From: Candidatus Chisholmbacteria bacterium RIFCSPHIGHO2_01_FULL_52_32
GTDB lineage: Bacteria > Patescibacteriota > Microgenomatia > UBA1400 > Chisholmbacteraceae
DNA length: 64,000 nucleotides
Direction: 5' to 3'
Assembly: GCA_001816585.1 (NCBI GenBank)
Contig: MHCJ01000007.1
Location: forward strand, 2,062 to 66,061
The notes beneath the pieces are model-generated. The model saw nothing but the letters and a program-made list of their open reading frames with translations, made no database searches and was not told the DNA's origin. Shown one piece after another: positions 1 to 7,487 of the stretch. Made by a program: the position numbers and the translations under genes. Numbering within the stretch: position 1 is the first letter of the stretch; the number at the start of each line of letters is the position of its first letter.

Positions 1-145
1 CGAAGGCGGTTTTGAAGATTAGAGGTATGGGCCGTTGTTCTCATGGATGTCGGAAAGATCTCCTTTAAGGGTGCGTTGCACCCTCAACGTCCAGTATCCT
101 AACAAAGCACTGAGGCAAAGTCAAGCCGGAAAACCATAAAGACTG

Positions 146-628
146 TTACTTCTTCTCTTTTTTGCCCGAAGCTTCGCTCGCCTTATCCGAAGGCAACTCA
201 ATCTTTGGATTTTCAACCGGAATCGGCCCCCGAATCGCCATTTCAAGCGATTGATAGGCCAACACGAAGGCAGAAAGAAACACCAGGATCATGACAAACT
301 CCAAAACACTTCGGAGTCCTCCCACATAGAGAATCCCCAGATTCTCAAGCCCATCAACCACCTTCACCAAGGCCAATACGCTCATCCCGGCGGCAATCAG
401 CTTCCAAACATGCTCAAGCTTTCCGCCCCGCATCAGGGAAGCTACCTTAATGGCAAACCAGGCCACGATCACCGGCAGAATGAGGCCGACGTCATTGACG
501 AGTTTGATATCAAACTTCTGGAATATTTGGGACGAGAACAGGACATCCTGAGGAGGTTCCGAGGCAAAAACAGGTGAAACCATCCACAAGAACGAACCGG
601 AAAGCAGTAGTCGAACAATCCGCCTCAT
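146..628 (-). CDS. hypothetical small integral membrane protein
   Basis: 160-aa ORF with several hydrophobic helices; its start overlaps the stop of the upstream ORF 625..945 by 4 bp (ATGA), suggesting an operon. Confidence 0.55.
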   Translation of the reverse strand: MRRIVRLLLSGSFLWMVSPVFASEPPQDVLFSSQIFQKFDIKLVNDVGLILPVIVAWFAIKVASLMRGGKLEHVWKLIAAGMSVLALVKVVDGLENLGILYVGGLRSVLEFVMILVFLSAFVLAYQSLEMAIRGPIPVENPKIELPSDKASEASGKKEKK

Positions 629-945
629 GTTTCCCCCTTTCCGGCCGATGCCGCCGCATTCGCCACGACTTCAGCGACAGTCCCCGGATGTTTTGCGAGT
701 AGCGGCTCGATCGTTTTGCGGACAATCAGTCCCGAGAGATTCACGTACCCATTGATGAGGGACTGTAAAAGATCCTTTGCTTCTCCGCTGAAATCAACTA
801 CTTTCCCCTCTTCAGAAAACTTCAGTCCTTCAACCTTCTTGGCGATAATCACGGAAATATCCGGTCCTAACACAACCACCTGTCGCGCGATGATCTCATT
901 AAACAGGGAAATATATTCATCCTTTGACGATTGTCCGTCCGGCAT
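625..945 (-). CDS. hypothetical protein
   Basis: 106-aa ORF translationally coupled to 146..628; a candidate minus-strand promoter TTGACA-17-TATCGT lies at ~983-1010. Confidence 0.45.
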   Translation of the reverse strand: MPDGQSSKDEYISLFNEIIARQVVVLGPDISVIIAKKVEGLKFSEEGKVVDFSGEAKDLLQSLINGYVNLSGLIVRKTIEPLLAKHPGTVAEVVANAAASAGKGET

Positions 946-1043
946 AGTTGACCTCTATGATCAACGATAACGGCTATACGGTGTTGTGTCAAGAAGGATA
1001 ATTACAACCGAAAGAATACGTTTTACTCGAGGAGTTCCAAACT

Positions 1044-1066
1044 GTGGGTGAGGGAGGGATCGAACC
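1044..1066 (-). other. tRNA 3'-end-like fragment (T-loop GGTTCGATCC plus acceptor-like tail) with no matching 5' half
   Basis: reverse complement reads ...GCGGGGTTCGATCCCTCCCTCACCCA; no complementary 5' acceptor strand within reach (tRNA-Ile starts 100 nt away); abuts repeat copy A. Confidence 0.3.
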
Positions 1067-1129
1067 CCGCACAGCTCCTGCCTGAGCTACGGCTTTCAAC
1101 CTGTACTCTCAGGCGCGTCGTCTACGGGG
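1065..1129. repeat. copy A of a 65-nt structured repeat (outer stem CCCCG/CGGGG, inner stem GCCTGAG/CTCAGGC, conserved CTCCTGCC and GCGCGTCGT-TACG blocks)
   Basis: aligns base-for-base with copies at 2744..2809 and 8620..8684; the outer stem differs from copies B and C by a compensatory C-G to A-T change. Confidence 0.6.
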
Positions 1130-1166
1130 CAAGCCTTCGACCTCTGAATACAATTTTTGAGCTTTG

Positions 1167-1238
1167 TGGGTAGCCGTGGAATCGAACCACGCACCTCTTA
1201 CTTATCAGGTAAGCGTTCTGCCGATGAACTAGCTACCC
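1167..1238 (-). tRNA. tRNA-Ile (anticodon GAU); CCA not encoded
   Basis: reverse complement folds as a cloverleaf: acceptor GGGTAGC/GCTACCC, D-arm GTTC-ATCGGCA-GAAC, anticodon arm CTTAC-CTGATAA-GTAAG, T-arm CGTGG-TTCGATT-CCACG, discriminator A followed by CA. Confidence 0.9.
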
Positions 1239-1646
1239 TTTTTATGTTTCAGCTCCCTCTACACCCGTCGCTCCCCGGAGAACATCATCGACGTGCTCAG
1301 GCTTACCGGCAGTCGCTGCTTTGGTCGCCTCAACCCCCACAGCTCTTACCGCCTCAGGATGCTCGGCGATGACTCGACCCAAATGTTCCCGGAGCTCCTT
1401 TCCCGATAACTCCGCTACCGATGTTCCCGGCTTTGTTTCTGCCATCATACCTCCTTAACAGAACTCCCCTATCCTACCATAGACTTCTGAAAAAATCACA
1501 TCATGGCAAAACTAAAACCCTAAGATTTACGTTTTGAGTTTGAACGGATGCTTACACAGCAAGTATGTATTTTTCCCAGGAAATCATATGGGCTGATGCA
1601 TAATATTACCTACTACACCAATCTTTTCTCATCTCTGGCACTTACC

Positions 1647-1675
1647 TTGACAATGTGCTAATCACGTGGTATAGT
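1647..1675 (+). promoter_or_regulatory. near-consensus sigma70 promoter TTGACA-17 nt-TATAGT
   Basis: TTGACA at 1647-1652, exactly 17-nt spacer, TATAGT at 1670-1675. Confidence 0.6.
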
Positions 1676-1694
1676 ATCCCCATTCGGACAGGAG

Positions 1695-1726
1695 AATATT
1701 AGCCCCAAAGGCTAATATTTTTTTAA
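1695..1726 (+). terminator. intrinsic terminator: perfect 10-bp stem AATATTAGCC/GGCTAATATT, 5-nt loop, T7 run
   Basis: lies about 15 nt downstream of the predicted transcription start of the 1647 promoter; either a ~45-nt transcript or an attenuator. Confidence 0.55.
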
Positions 1727-1770
1727 GGCCTGAGCATTGAAAAATAAAATCTGATTGATCGCTCAAAAGA

Positions 1771-1957
1771 AAAACCCTTTTGAACGCAGCTACTCGAGAA
1801 TGAAGTGAGCGAATACCACTAAGATGTCATCGACTGTTCGACGAAGGGTTTATCCCGAGGAGTTTGATGACATGGAATGAGCGAACGAGTTCCCGAGAGA
1901 CCGTTCACTGGGGCGTCATTCTTTGGTTACTTTCTTGGATGAGCAAGAAAGTAACAA
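1771..1957. ncRNA. copy 1 of a conserved ~190-nt structured non-coding element (family unidentified)
   Basis: collinear nucleotide similarity to 58806..59001, including covarying hairpin GAGCG-(loop GGTTCCCGARAGA)-CGYTC and terminal hairpin TTTCTTGG-loop-CAAGAAAG; no credible ORF. Confidence 0.4.
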
Positions 1958-2123
1958 TTTCTCCTGGGTTCCACTCTGGTGGGAGGCTGCGAGCGCCTTT
2001 TTTTTAATTAGGTTCGTCCTTCCAGCGTTCCGCCAGAGTCGAGTCCAGGATGAAATACCCGGACGAAGACCCCGTAGCCATAGGAACTATGTGGTACCGG
2101 GGTTGAGTCCAGGAAAAATAAAA

Positions 2124-2186
2124 AACGCTTTAGAGGAGCAATCACGAAGGGCTTTGATACGCCGTGCCTCTAAAGCACGGCGTTTT
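2124..2186 (+). terminator. terminator hairpin GCCGTGC-CTCTAAA-GCACGGC plus TTTT, with an upstream alternative pairing GCTTTAGAGG/CCTCTAAAGC (antiterminator-like)
   Basis: two mutually exclusive pairings visible in the sequence; resembles a riboswitch or attenuator expression platform. Confidence 0.4.
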
Positions 2187-2368
2187 AGTTGTCCGAAGTA
2201 AATTGCTCTTTTAAAACCTTTTGAAGCCGCCGCCGCCGCGACTCAAAGATGAAACGAGTGGGAAACCAAAACTGACCGAAGGGAATTTTGGAGGGAAATG
2301 AAATGAACCTGACTGAAAGTCAAGATCTCCCACCGTCGAATCTGAAGAATCGCCGGCAAGGCTTCACT

Positions 2369-2420
2369 AGGGGGCCATTCTTTTGGATACTTTTCTTGGG
2401 CAAACAAGAAAAGTATCAAC
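2369..2420. repeat. partial third copy of the terminal hairpin module of the ~190-nt element (GCCATTCTTTTGG-ATACTTTTCTTGGGCAAACAAGAAAAGTATC)
   Basis: matches 1912-1957 and 58953-59001. Confidence 0.45.
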
Positions 2421-2743
2421 CGCCTGGATCCCAGGCATATGTAAAAACTTATAGTAATATAATCTGGGACTCTCCCCTCTGGTGGTCCCGGGAATTATTG
2501 ACAATAAACCTTAACAATTTGACCGAAAATAGGTGTCCGGGAGCGTGGGAGAAAAGGGCCAGCCTCGACTAGACGCCAGCCTCGCATAGATACAAGTCTA
2601 GGCGGGCGAGTCTAGGCGGGAGCAAATCCTCTAAAGCGCAGGCCGAAAGACCTGAAAACCCCTTTCTCCTACACTCCCTGGCATCAGGGGAGTCCCAAGA
2701 TTGCCTTGGGAAGATCCCCAAGATGAAAGGGGTTGCTCTTTAA

Positions 2744-2809
2744 CCACGCTACAACTCCTGCCTGATCTACGGCCTACGGCCTGTACTCTCAGGCACGTCG
2801 TATACGTGG
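2744..2809. repeat. copy B of the 65-nt structured repeat (outer stem CCACG/CGTGG)
   Basis: same orientation as copy A, 1.6 kb away; the two bracket the non-coding island. Confidence 0.6.
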
Positions 2810-3059
2810 TCTGCAGAGCTCATCTCGACATATTGTCGGGATTCGCTCTTTGACAATTGAATGGCGAGGTTCCCGATGAATACATCGAGAACCGAAGTCC
2901 CGCAGCAAAACCCGAATACCGATACGGCCGAATAGGCAGTGAGCGGTAAGTCGAGTTTTTGGTGCTGGGACGAGGTTCTCTGTATCCTCGGGAATCTTCA
3001 TAAAAATGAAAATAGGCGCAATAGTGATGCAGGGAAGAGTGGAATAAAACTATCTCACT

Positions 3060-3386
3060 TTACGAGGAGTGTTGCCCGCCAGGATGGATACTTTCAAGCT
3101 TCTCAAGCCTCTCTTCATGATCGTAAACTTTTGGAGCGAAAATATCCAGACTTTCTCGAATAGCTTTCAACTGGCCCATCACATCGGAGATAGCATTCAT
3201 AATTCGACTGCTATACATCTGGAACTTTTCCTCAAGTCTTCGGTCAACGACTTGCTCGATCTGATCAACATCCTGCTCCGTAAGCATAACGACACAATTC
3301 AACCACATCATCCCAAAGGAGTCAACGACATTTTGGGGAAGCAATTCCCCTCCACTCTCCCCTGCATCACTCGGGGAAAAACCCAC
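3060..3386 (-). CDS. hypothetical small protein (uncertain)
   Basis: 108-aa ORF divergent from the gene at 3421; competes with an overlapping plus-strand ORF 3069..3512 that runs out of frame into the next gene. Confidence 0.3.
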   Translation of the reverse strand: MGFSPSDAGESGGELLPQNVVDSFGMMWLNCVVMLTEQDVDQIEQVVDRRLEEKFQMYSSRIMNAISDVMGQLKAIRESLDIFAPKVYDHEERLEKLESIHPGGQHSS

Positions 3387-3420
3387 GCCCGTAAAGGGCT
3401 AGAGAAAAGGAGAAGGGACG

Positions 3421-3879
3421 ATGAAGTCGTTGAGGAAAGTGATCTTGCCCGCCGTAGTAGCAACTGCTATCTGTGTCCTCTTGTCGGAGGTATTGTTCCG
3501 GCTGCTGACTGATGCGCCGACCGCAAGTCCGCTCCGCTGGCTCGTGACTGACATGCAGCGCTTCACCGTGCTGATCTCTGTTCTACTTACTGCAGCCGTG
3601 CTGCTTCGACGGGACGATCGAGCACCTGAAGAAGTCCTGATGAGCGGATTCAGATTCACCGTCAAGGTCTACTGGCTGTACATCCGGATCGTCGTCGCGA
3701 TCGTGAGCACCGCCGTGGTTGCATACCTGGTAGTTGGCGCTGTCGTGGGAATCTTCAATCCCACAGATATCGCGATCTACCTGGGCGTCCCGATTCTGAC
3801 AGGCTTTGCGGCAGGAATACTCCTGCTGGCAGTCAAAGCCCTCATAAGAAGGAGTAACAACCACCAGCCGTCACCCTAG
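3421..3879 (+). CDS. hypothetical integral membrane protein (about 4 TM)
   Basis: 152 aa; ATG preceded by AAGGAG; the 20-nt leader AGGGCTAGAGAAAAGGAGAA is identical to the leader of the next gene. Confidence 0.7.
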   Translation: MKSLRKVILPAVVATAICVLLSEVLFRLLTDAPTASPLRWLVTDMQRFTVLISVLLTAAVLLRRDDRAPEEVLMSGFRFTVKVYWLYIRIVVAIVSTAVVAYLVVGAVVGIFNPTDIAIYLGVPILTGFAAGILLLAVKALIRRSNNHQPSP

Positions 3880-3919
3880 AGCCACCGGGCTCAGGGCTAG
3901 AGAAAAGGAGAAAAGGATC

Positions 3920-4573
3920 ATGAACGCGGAGACTCCTGTTGAACAGCCGATCTATGATGCCATAGATAATGCGTGGGCACATGCAAGCATCTGGGGCAAG
4001 ATCGGCATGGTTCTTGGAACACTGTTGGGAATCGTCCTACTCTTCTCTTGCATCTGGTCTTGGACCGCTGCAAGAGCTGCTAGGGACATGGCAGTCTCCA
4101 GAGCCAGGGAAGAGCTCCGGCAGAGCATCGGCATGGAGGTCGATGTCTTCGGCAACCCACACCCGGCCAGGTTCAGGGTTGAGAAAAACAGTCCCTGGGA
4201 CGAGCCTGTCAGAGGAACCCTCGTTGTCCTGCTTCCAGAAGGAGCCGAAGACTTCCAGATCTTGCCGGCCCTTGAGGTATCCGACACCGATTCGGGCTTG
4301 TTTGGCCTCACGGATTTCGAGCTTGCGCTCTCGAAATGCAGCTTCTCCGTCAACTACAACGTCGACGGGGTGCAACGCGCTCGAGTCTGGAATGGGTGCC
4401 CCACATTGAAGGAGGGCATCGAGATCGACGTTCGGGAGATCGAGGCCCGCGTCGGTGAAGACGAACATGCCTGGTCGCAGCCCACCCGCTCAACGAAAGA
4501 GTACGATCTGTTCGAGGTATTCGGGCTGTTAGTAGGCCTTCTCATCGACCAGCCAGAAGAATCCGGGAAGTGA
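3920..4573 (+). CDS. hypothetical single-pass membrane protein
   Basis: 217 aa; identical 20-nt leader and Shine-Dalgarno as the gene at 3421. Confidence 0.7.
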   Translation: MNAETPVEQPIYDAIDNAWAHASIWGKIGMVLGTLLGIVLLFSCIWSWTAARAARDMAVSRAREELRQSIGMEVDVFGNPHPARFRVEKNSPWDEPVRGTLVVLLPEGAEDFQILPALEVSDTDSGLFGLTDFELALSKCSFSVNYNVDGVQRARVWNGCPTLKEGIEIDVREIEARVGEDEHAWSQPTRSTKEYDLFEVFGLLVGLLIDQPEESGK

Positions 4574-4728
4574 TCACCCGCTCCGTATCCCGCAACCGAG
4601 GAGGACAAACTGAACAATCCTGACTCGTGAAAGACGGTAGAGACAACCGAAACTCATCCGCCTCCTGATCCCGAACTCACCGACAAGGTGAGAAATCTCC
4701 CGGGCAGGAGAAAGAAGGAGAAGGTGAA

Positions 4729-7065
4729 GTGAACCATCGTAACCGTACGTGGTATCCCCGTCTGGCGCTGGTCACGGTGGCAAGCATGCTGCTTGCCGCT
4801 GTCATGCCAATCGTTCCCACCGCCGCTTCGCCGGCAACCAGGCCTCTCGCCTGGAACGTCAGCCAAACGGCCGAGTCCGTCTGCATCCCTGAAAACCAAG
4901 TGGGTATCCAGGGAAGCTTCCGAAACGATGACAACCGTTCGATGGACGTCGTCGCCACGGACGAGCAGACGGGAAAATCCGTCAACCTGGGATCGGTCGC
5001 CCCGAATGAGACTGATGAGTTCCTCATCGAAACCGGCCTGTCGGTTGTTACCGAGGGCAAGGTCAGGTTCGACCTAACCTGGACGCAGGAAGATGATGAC
5101 GATGAGGACGGCGATACGACCCCGACGGAACCGCCCCCGGCGGAAACCGAAGATCCGACGGATGAGGCATCCCCGACTCCAACGGAGACCGTCGAGCCGG
5201 CACCGGAGGAAACGCCCATCCCTGATGATGACGGCGACGATTCCGATGACACGGAAGACTCGGACGACTCCGACGACGGAGAAGAGGAAGACGACGACTC
5301 CGACGGAGATGACCAGGACGATGACGGCGAAGATTCCGAAGACTCGGATGATTCCGACTCTGAGGATCGCAAGGGCGATCACGACGATGACGACGAAGAC
5401 GAGGATGAGGGAGACGACACGGCTTCGGCCGTTTTGAACTTCTTCTCAATCGGCGCCGTCGCCAATGCGGGCGGAAACCACGACGAGAAGTTCGCAGAGT
5501 ACGACGCCCGCGACTGCCGCCAGCCCGAACCGACCCCTGAGCCGACACAAGAACCGCCTCCTTCATGCTCGATATTGGCCTCTGCCAACAACGAGCAGTG
5601 GGTGAGCGTCAGCGTCGACTACTCAGGTGGACCTACCGGCTGGTGGTGGCAACTCGAGTACAACCTCGGAACTGGGTGGACCGAATGGGCAGGTTGGCAA
5701 AATGGCAGTTCGCCGAACCCATGGACTGCGGGCCAGACGTTTGCTCCAGGAACTCTAGACCTTCGGGTCAACTTTCTGGGCATCGGAAATGGCATCTGCG
5801 GTACATCGGTCGTCGTCCCCGAATCTCCTCCACCGGAGCCAACCCCGGAGCCGACTCCCGAACCGCGGGAGAACCCGCAATGTACCGGCGCATCCTACGC
5901 CTTCACGGACATCTTCCGCGAGGTCGAGGTCACTGCTTCCTGGCAGAACGCCACTATGACCTCCGTCGTCTGGGAGGACGCCACCCACTTCGAGTGGAGC
6001 AGTCCCTACCCTGACGGAGAAGGATCAGCCAAGCACATCATCGACGAAGCGCTCGGACCCGGGCCGCACCTGATCCAGGTTGTGGTCACCGGCGCCGAAG
6101 GCACCGATCCGAGCCTTTGCTCGCCGATCGAAGTGACCTTCCCAGCGCCACCGCGACCGACCCCGGAGCCCAAGCCTGAAGTCAGCGCCGCTGTACAGTC
6201 CCTTCCGCAGCTCTCCTTCTGCCTGAAGAGCCCAGCCATCGTGCTTGAGCGCGGTGGTGAGATCGTCCGTCTGGACGTGGACCTCCAAAAGCTTGTGATC
6301 GTTCAGGAGACCATCCTATCGGCAGACCTGGAGGGCATCAGCACTCACTCGAGGATCAGCCCGGACGGCTGCTTGGTCGTTTTCAGCCACACCATGCCAG
6401 GCGCTTCCCAAGCGGAGCTCTGGACGGTCGGGCTCAACGGCCAAGGGCTGTACCAAGTCACCCGGACAGAGGATGCAAGCGAAATCCAGCCTGACTGGGC
6501 CTCCAACTGGGTGATCGACTACAGCGCCGGAGGACAGCTTTTCTCGACAGACCGTCTGTACACGTTCGTCCGCGACCTGCGCGTCGCCGGAACAAGCCCT
6601 GACGCATCGCCGGACGGCGAGTGGGTAGGCTATACCGACCCGGATGGGAACATCCGCATCGTCAGCGCCCACACCGCACGTCTGGGTGACTTTGCCACCG
6701 GCTTGACCGGCACGAATCCGACGTTTGATCCCCGCGGAACTACGCTGTTCTACACCAGTGACGCCGGCCTCGAAGCGTTTACCTTCGCAAACCGCGAAGT
6801 AACCACCATCGACCGCTCCGCCACCGACATCGCACGGGATCCATCCAATCACGCAGCCCTCCTGGTTGTCAGCGGAGAGCTAGTGGTAGTCGATCCGGTG
6901 GATTCGGCAAATGTCGTCGGCACCCTCACCGGCCCCGAAGCCGAAACCGGCTTCCGAGCCCTGGCGGTCGAAGCCCCGAACCTCTCACCCGACTGGTGGG
7001 ATCCGAATCCGTTGGTGCCCAGCACCATCGGACTCCAGCTGTTCCTCACAGGGAACGGCACCTAA
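4729..7065 (+). CDS. secreted multidomain protein: signal peptide, ~110-aa poly-acidic (D/E/S) tract, proline-rich PEPTPEP linkers, C-terminal TolB-like beta-propeller repeats
   Basis: 778 aa; GTG start after AAGGAGAAGG; N-terminal hydrophobic signal; repeated SPDG..W.. propeller-like motifs; antisense ORFs over the acidic tract are artefacts. Confidence 0.8.
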   Translation: MNHRNRTWYPRLALVTVASMLLAAVMPIVPTAASPATRPLAWNVSQTAESVCIPENQVGIQGSFRNDDNRSMDVVATDEQTGKSVNLGSVAPNETDEFLIETGLSVVTEGKVRFDLTWTQEDDDDEDGDTTPTEPPPAETEDPTDEASPTPTETVEPAPEETPIPDDDGDDSDDTEDSDDSDDGEEEDDDSDGDDQDDDGEDSEDSDDSDSEDRKGDHDDDDEDEDEGDDTASAVLNFFSIGAVANAGGNHDEKFAEYDARDCRQPEPTPEPTQEPPPSCSILASANNEQWVSVSVDYSGGPTGWWWQLEYNLGTGWTEWAGWQNGSSPNPWTAGQTFAPGTLDLRVNFLGIGNGICGTSVVVPESPPPEPTPEPTPEPRENPQCTGASYAFTDIFREVEVTASWQNATMTSVVWEDATHFEWSSPYPDGEGSAKHIIDEALGPGPHLIQVVVTGAEGTDPSLCSPIEVTFPAPPRPTPEPKPEVSAAVQSLPQLSFCLKSPAIVLERGGEIVRLDVDLQKLVIVQETILSADLEGISTHSRISPDGCLVVFSHTMPGASQAELWTVGLNGQGLYQVTRTEDASEIQPDWASNWVIDYSAGGQLFSTDRLYTFVRDLRVAGTSPDASPDGEWVGYTDPDGNIRIVSAHTARLGDFATGLTGTNPTFDPRGTTLFYTSDAGLEAFTFANREVTTIDRSATDIARDPSNHAALLVVSGELVVVDPVDSANVVGTLTGPEAETGFRALAVEAPNLSPDWWDPNPLVPSTIGLQLFLTGNGT

Positions 7066-7487
7066 GTAGCACTCGTCCCACGAAGGGACAACCGAACCTC
7101 GCCATTCACCTGGAAGGGACCTCGCTCCCTACACCCGCTCACTGACGTTTCGCGTCAGGAAGAATAGTCAAGTCTGACTTGACGCATTCGGCAGCGGCAG
7201 GGTCGAACCTTTTCAGGTCACAAGGGTATCTGGTAATAGATCGGGCAGAGCAATGCCGTGAAGTCACTGGACGATCGAAAGATCGCGTGTCTTCTGGATT
7301 TCATCCAGACTGACCTCCACCTTCCCCATTGCCCGCGCCCCAAATCTCTACCAGCACTACCCTCCTTGGTCCGTTAAACGGGCCCTGATGAGATCTCGTC
7401 AGGATTGCAATTTGCATCCGACGATCCGTAAACAGGAATCAGGACATTTACCCTGAGCCTGTCGAAGGGCAGATCGAAAGGAAATCA

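Noticed and set aside
1044-1129. Possibility that copy A plus the tRNA-like fragment is an intron-containing tRNA gene
   Set aside because: The 5' acceptor strand complementary to CTCACCC is absent and the required length would run into tRNA-Ile.
1242-1448. 68-aa minus-strand ORF abutting the tRNA-Ile
   Set aside because: Starts 4 nt from the tRNA 5' end, has Ala/Glu-rich low-complexity composition, and no RBS; more likely tRNA promoter or leader sequence.
1923-2572. Plus-strand ORFs 1923..2201 and 2288..2572
   Set aside because: They span conserved RNA hairpin modules and a terminator; no RBS (the first) or only a weak internal one (the second); not similar to each other although the underlying DNA repeats are. 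Judged non-coding, though a small protein from the internal ATG at ~2303 cannot be excluded.
4677-5566. Long minus-strand ORFs (231 aa Ser-rich, 167 aa Arg-rich, 102 aa) overlapping the acidic tract of 4729..7065
   Set aside because: Antisense translations of a GA/GAC-rich repeat. Low-complexity composition, no start context; the sense-strand gene has a signal peptide and an RBS.
7190-7215. GGGTCGAACC tRNA T-arm-like sequence in the 7066-7487 intergenic region
   Set aside because: No acceptor or anticodon arms can be folded around it.
7395-7470. CTGATGAG ... CGAAA, resembling a hammerhead ribozyme core
   Set aside because: Stem II after CUGAUGA is not followed by GAAA in register (the CGAAA is about 70 nt away), and stems I and III cannot be drawn convincingly; probably chance.
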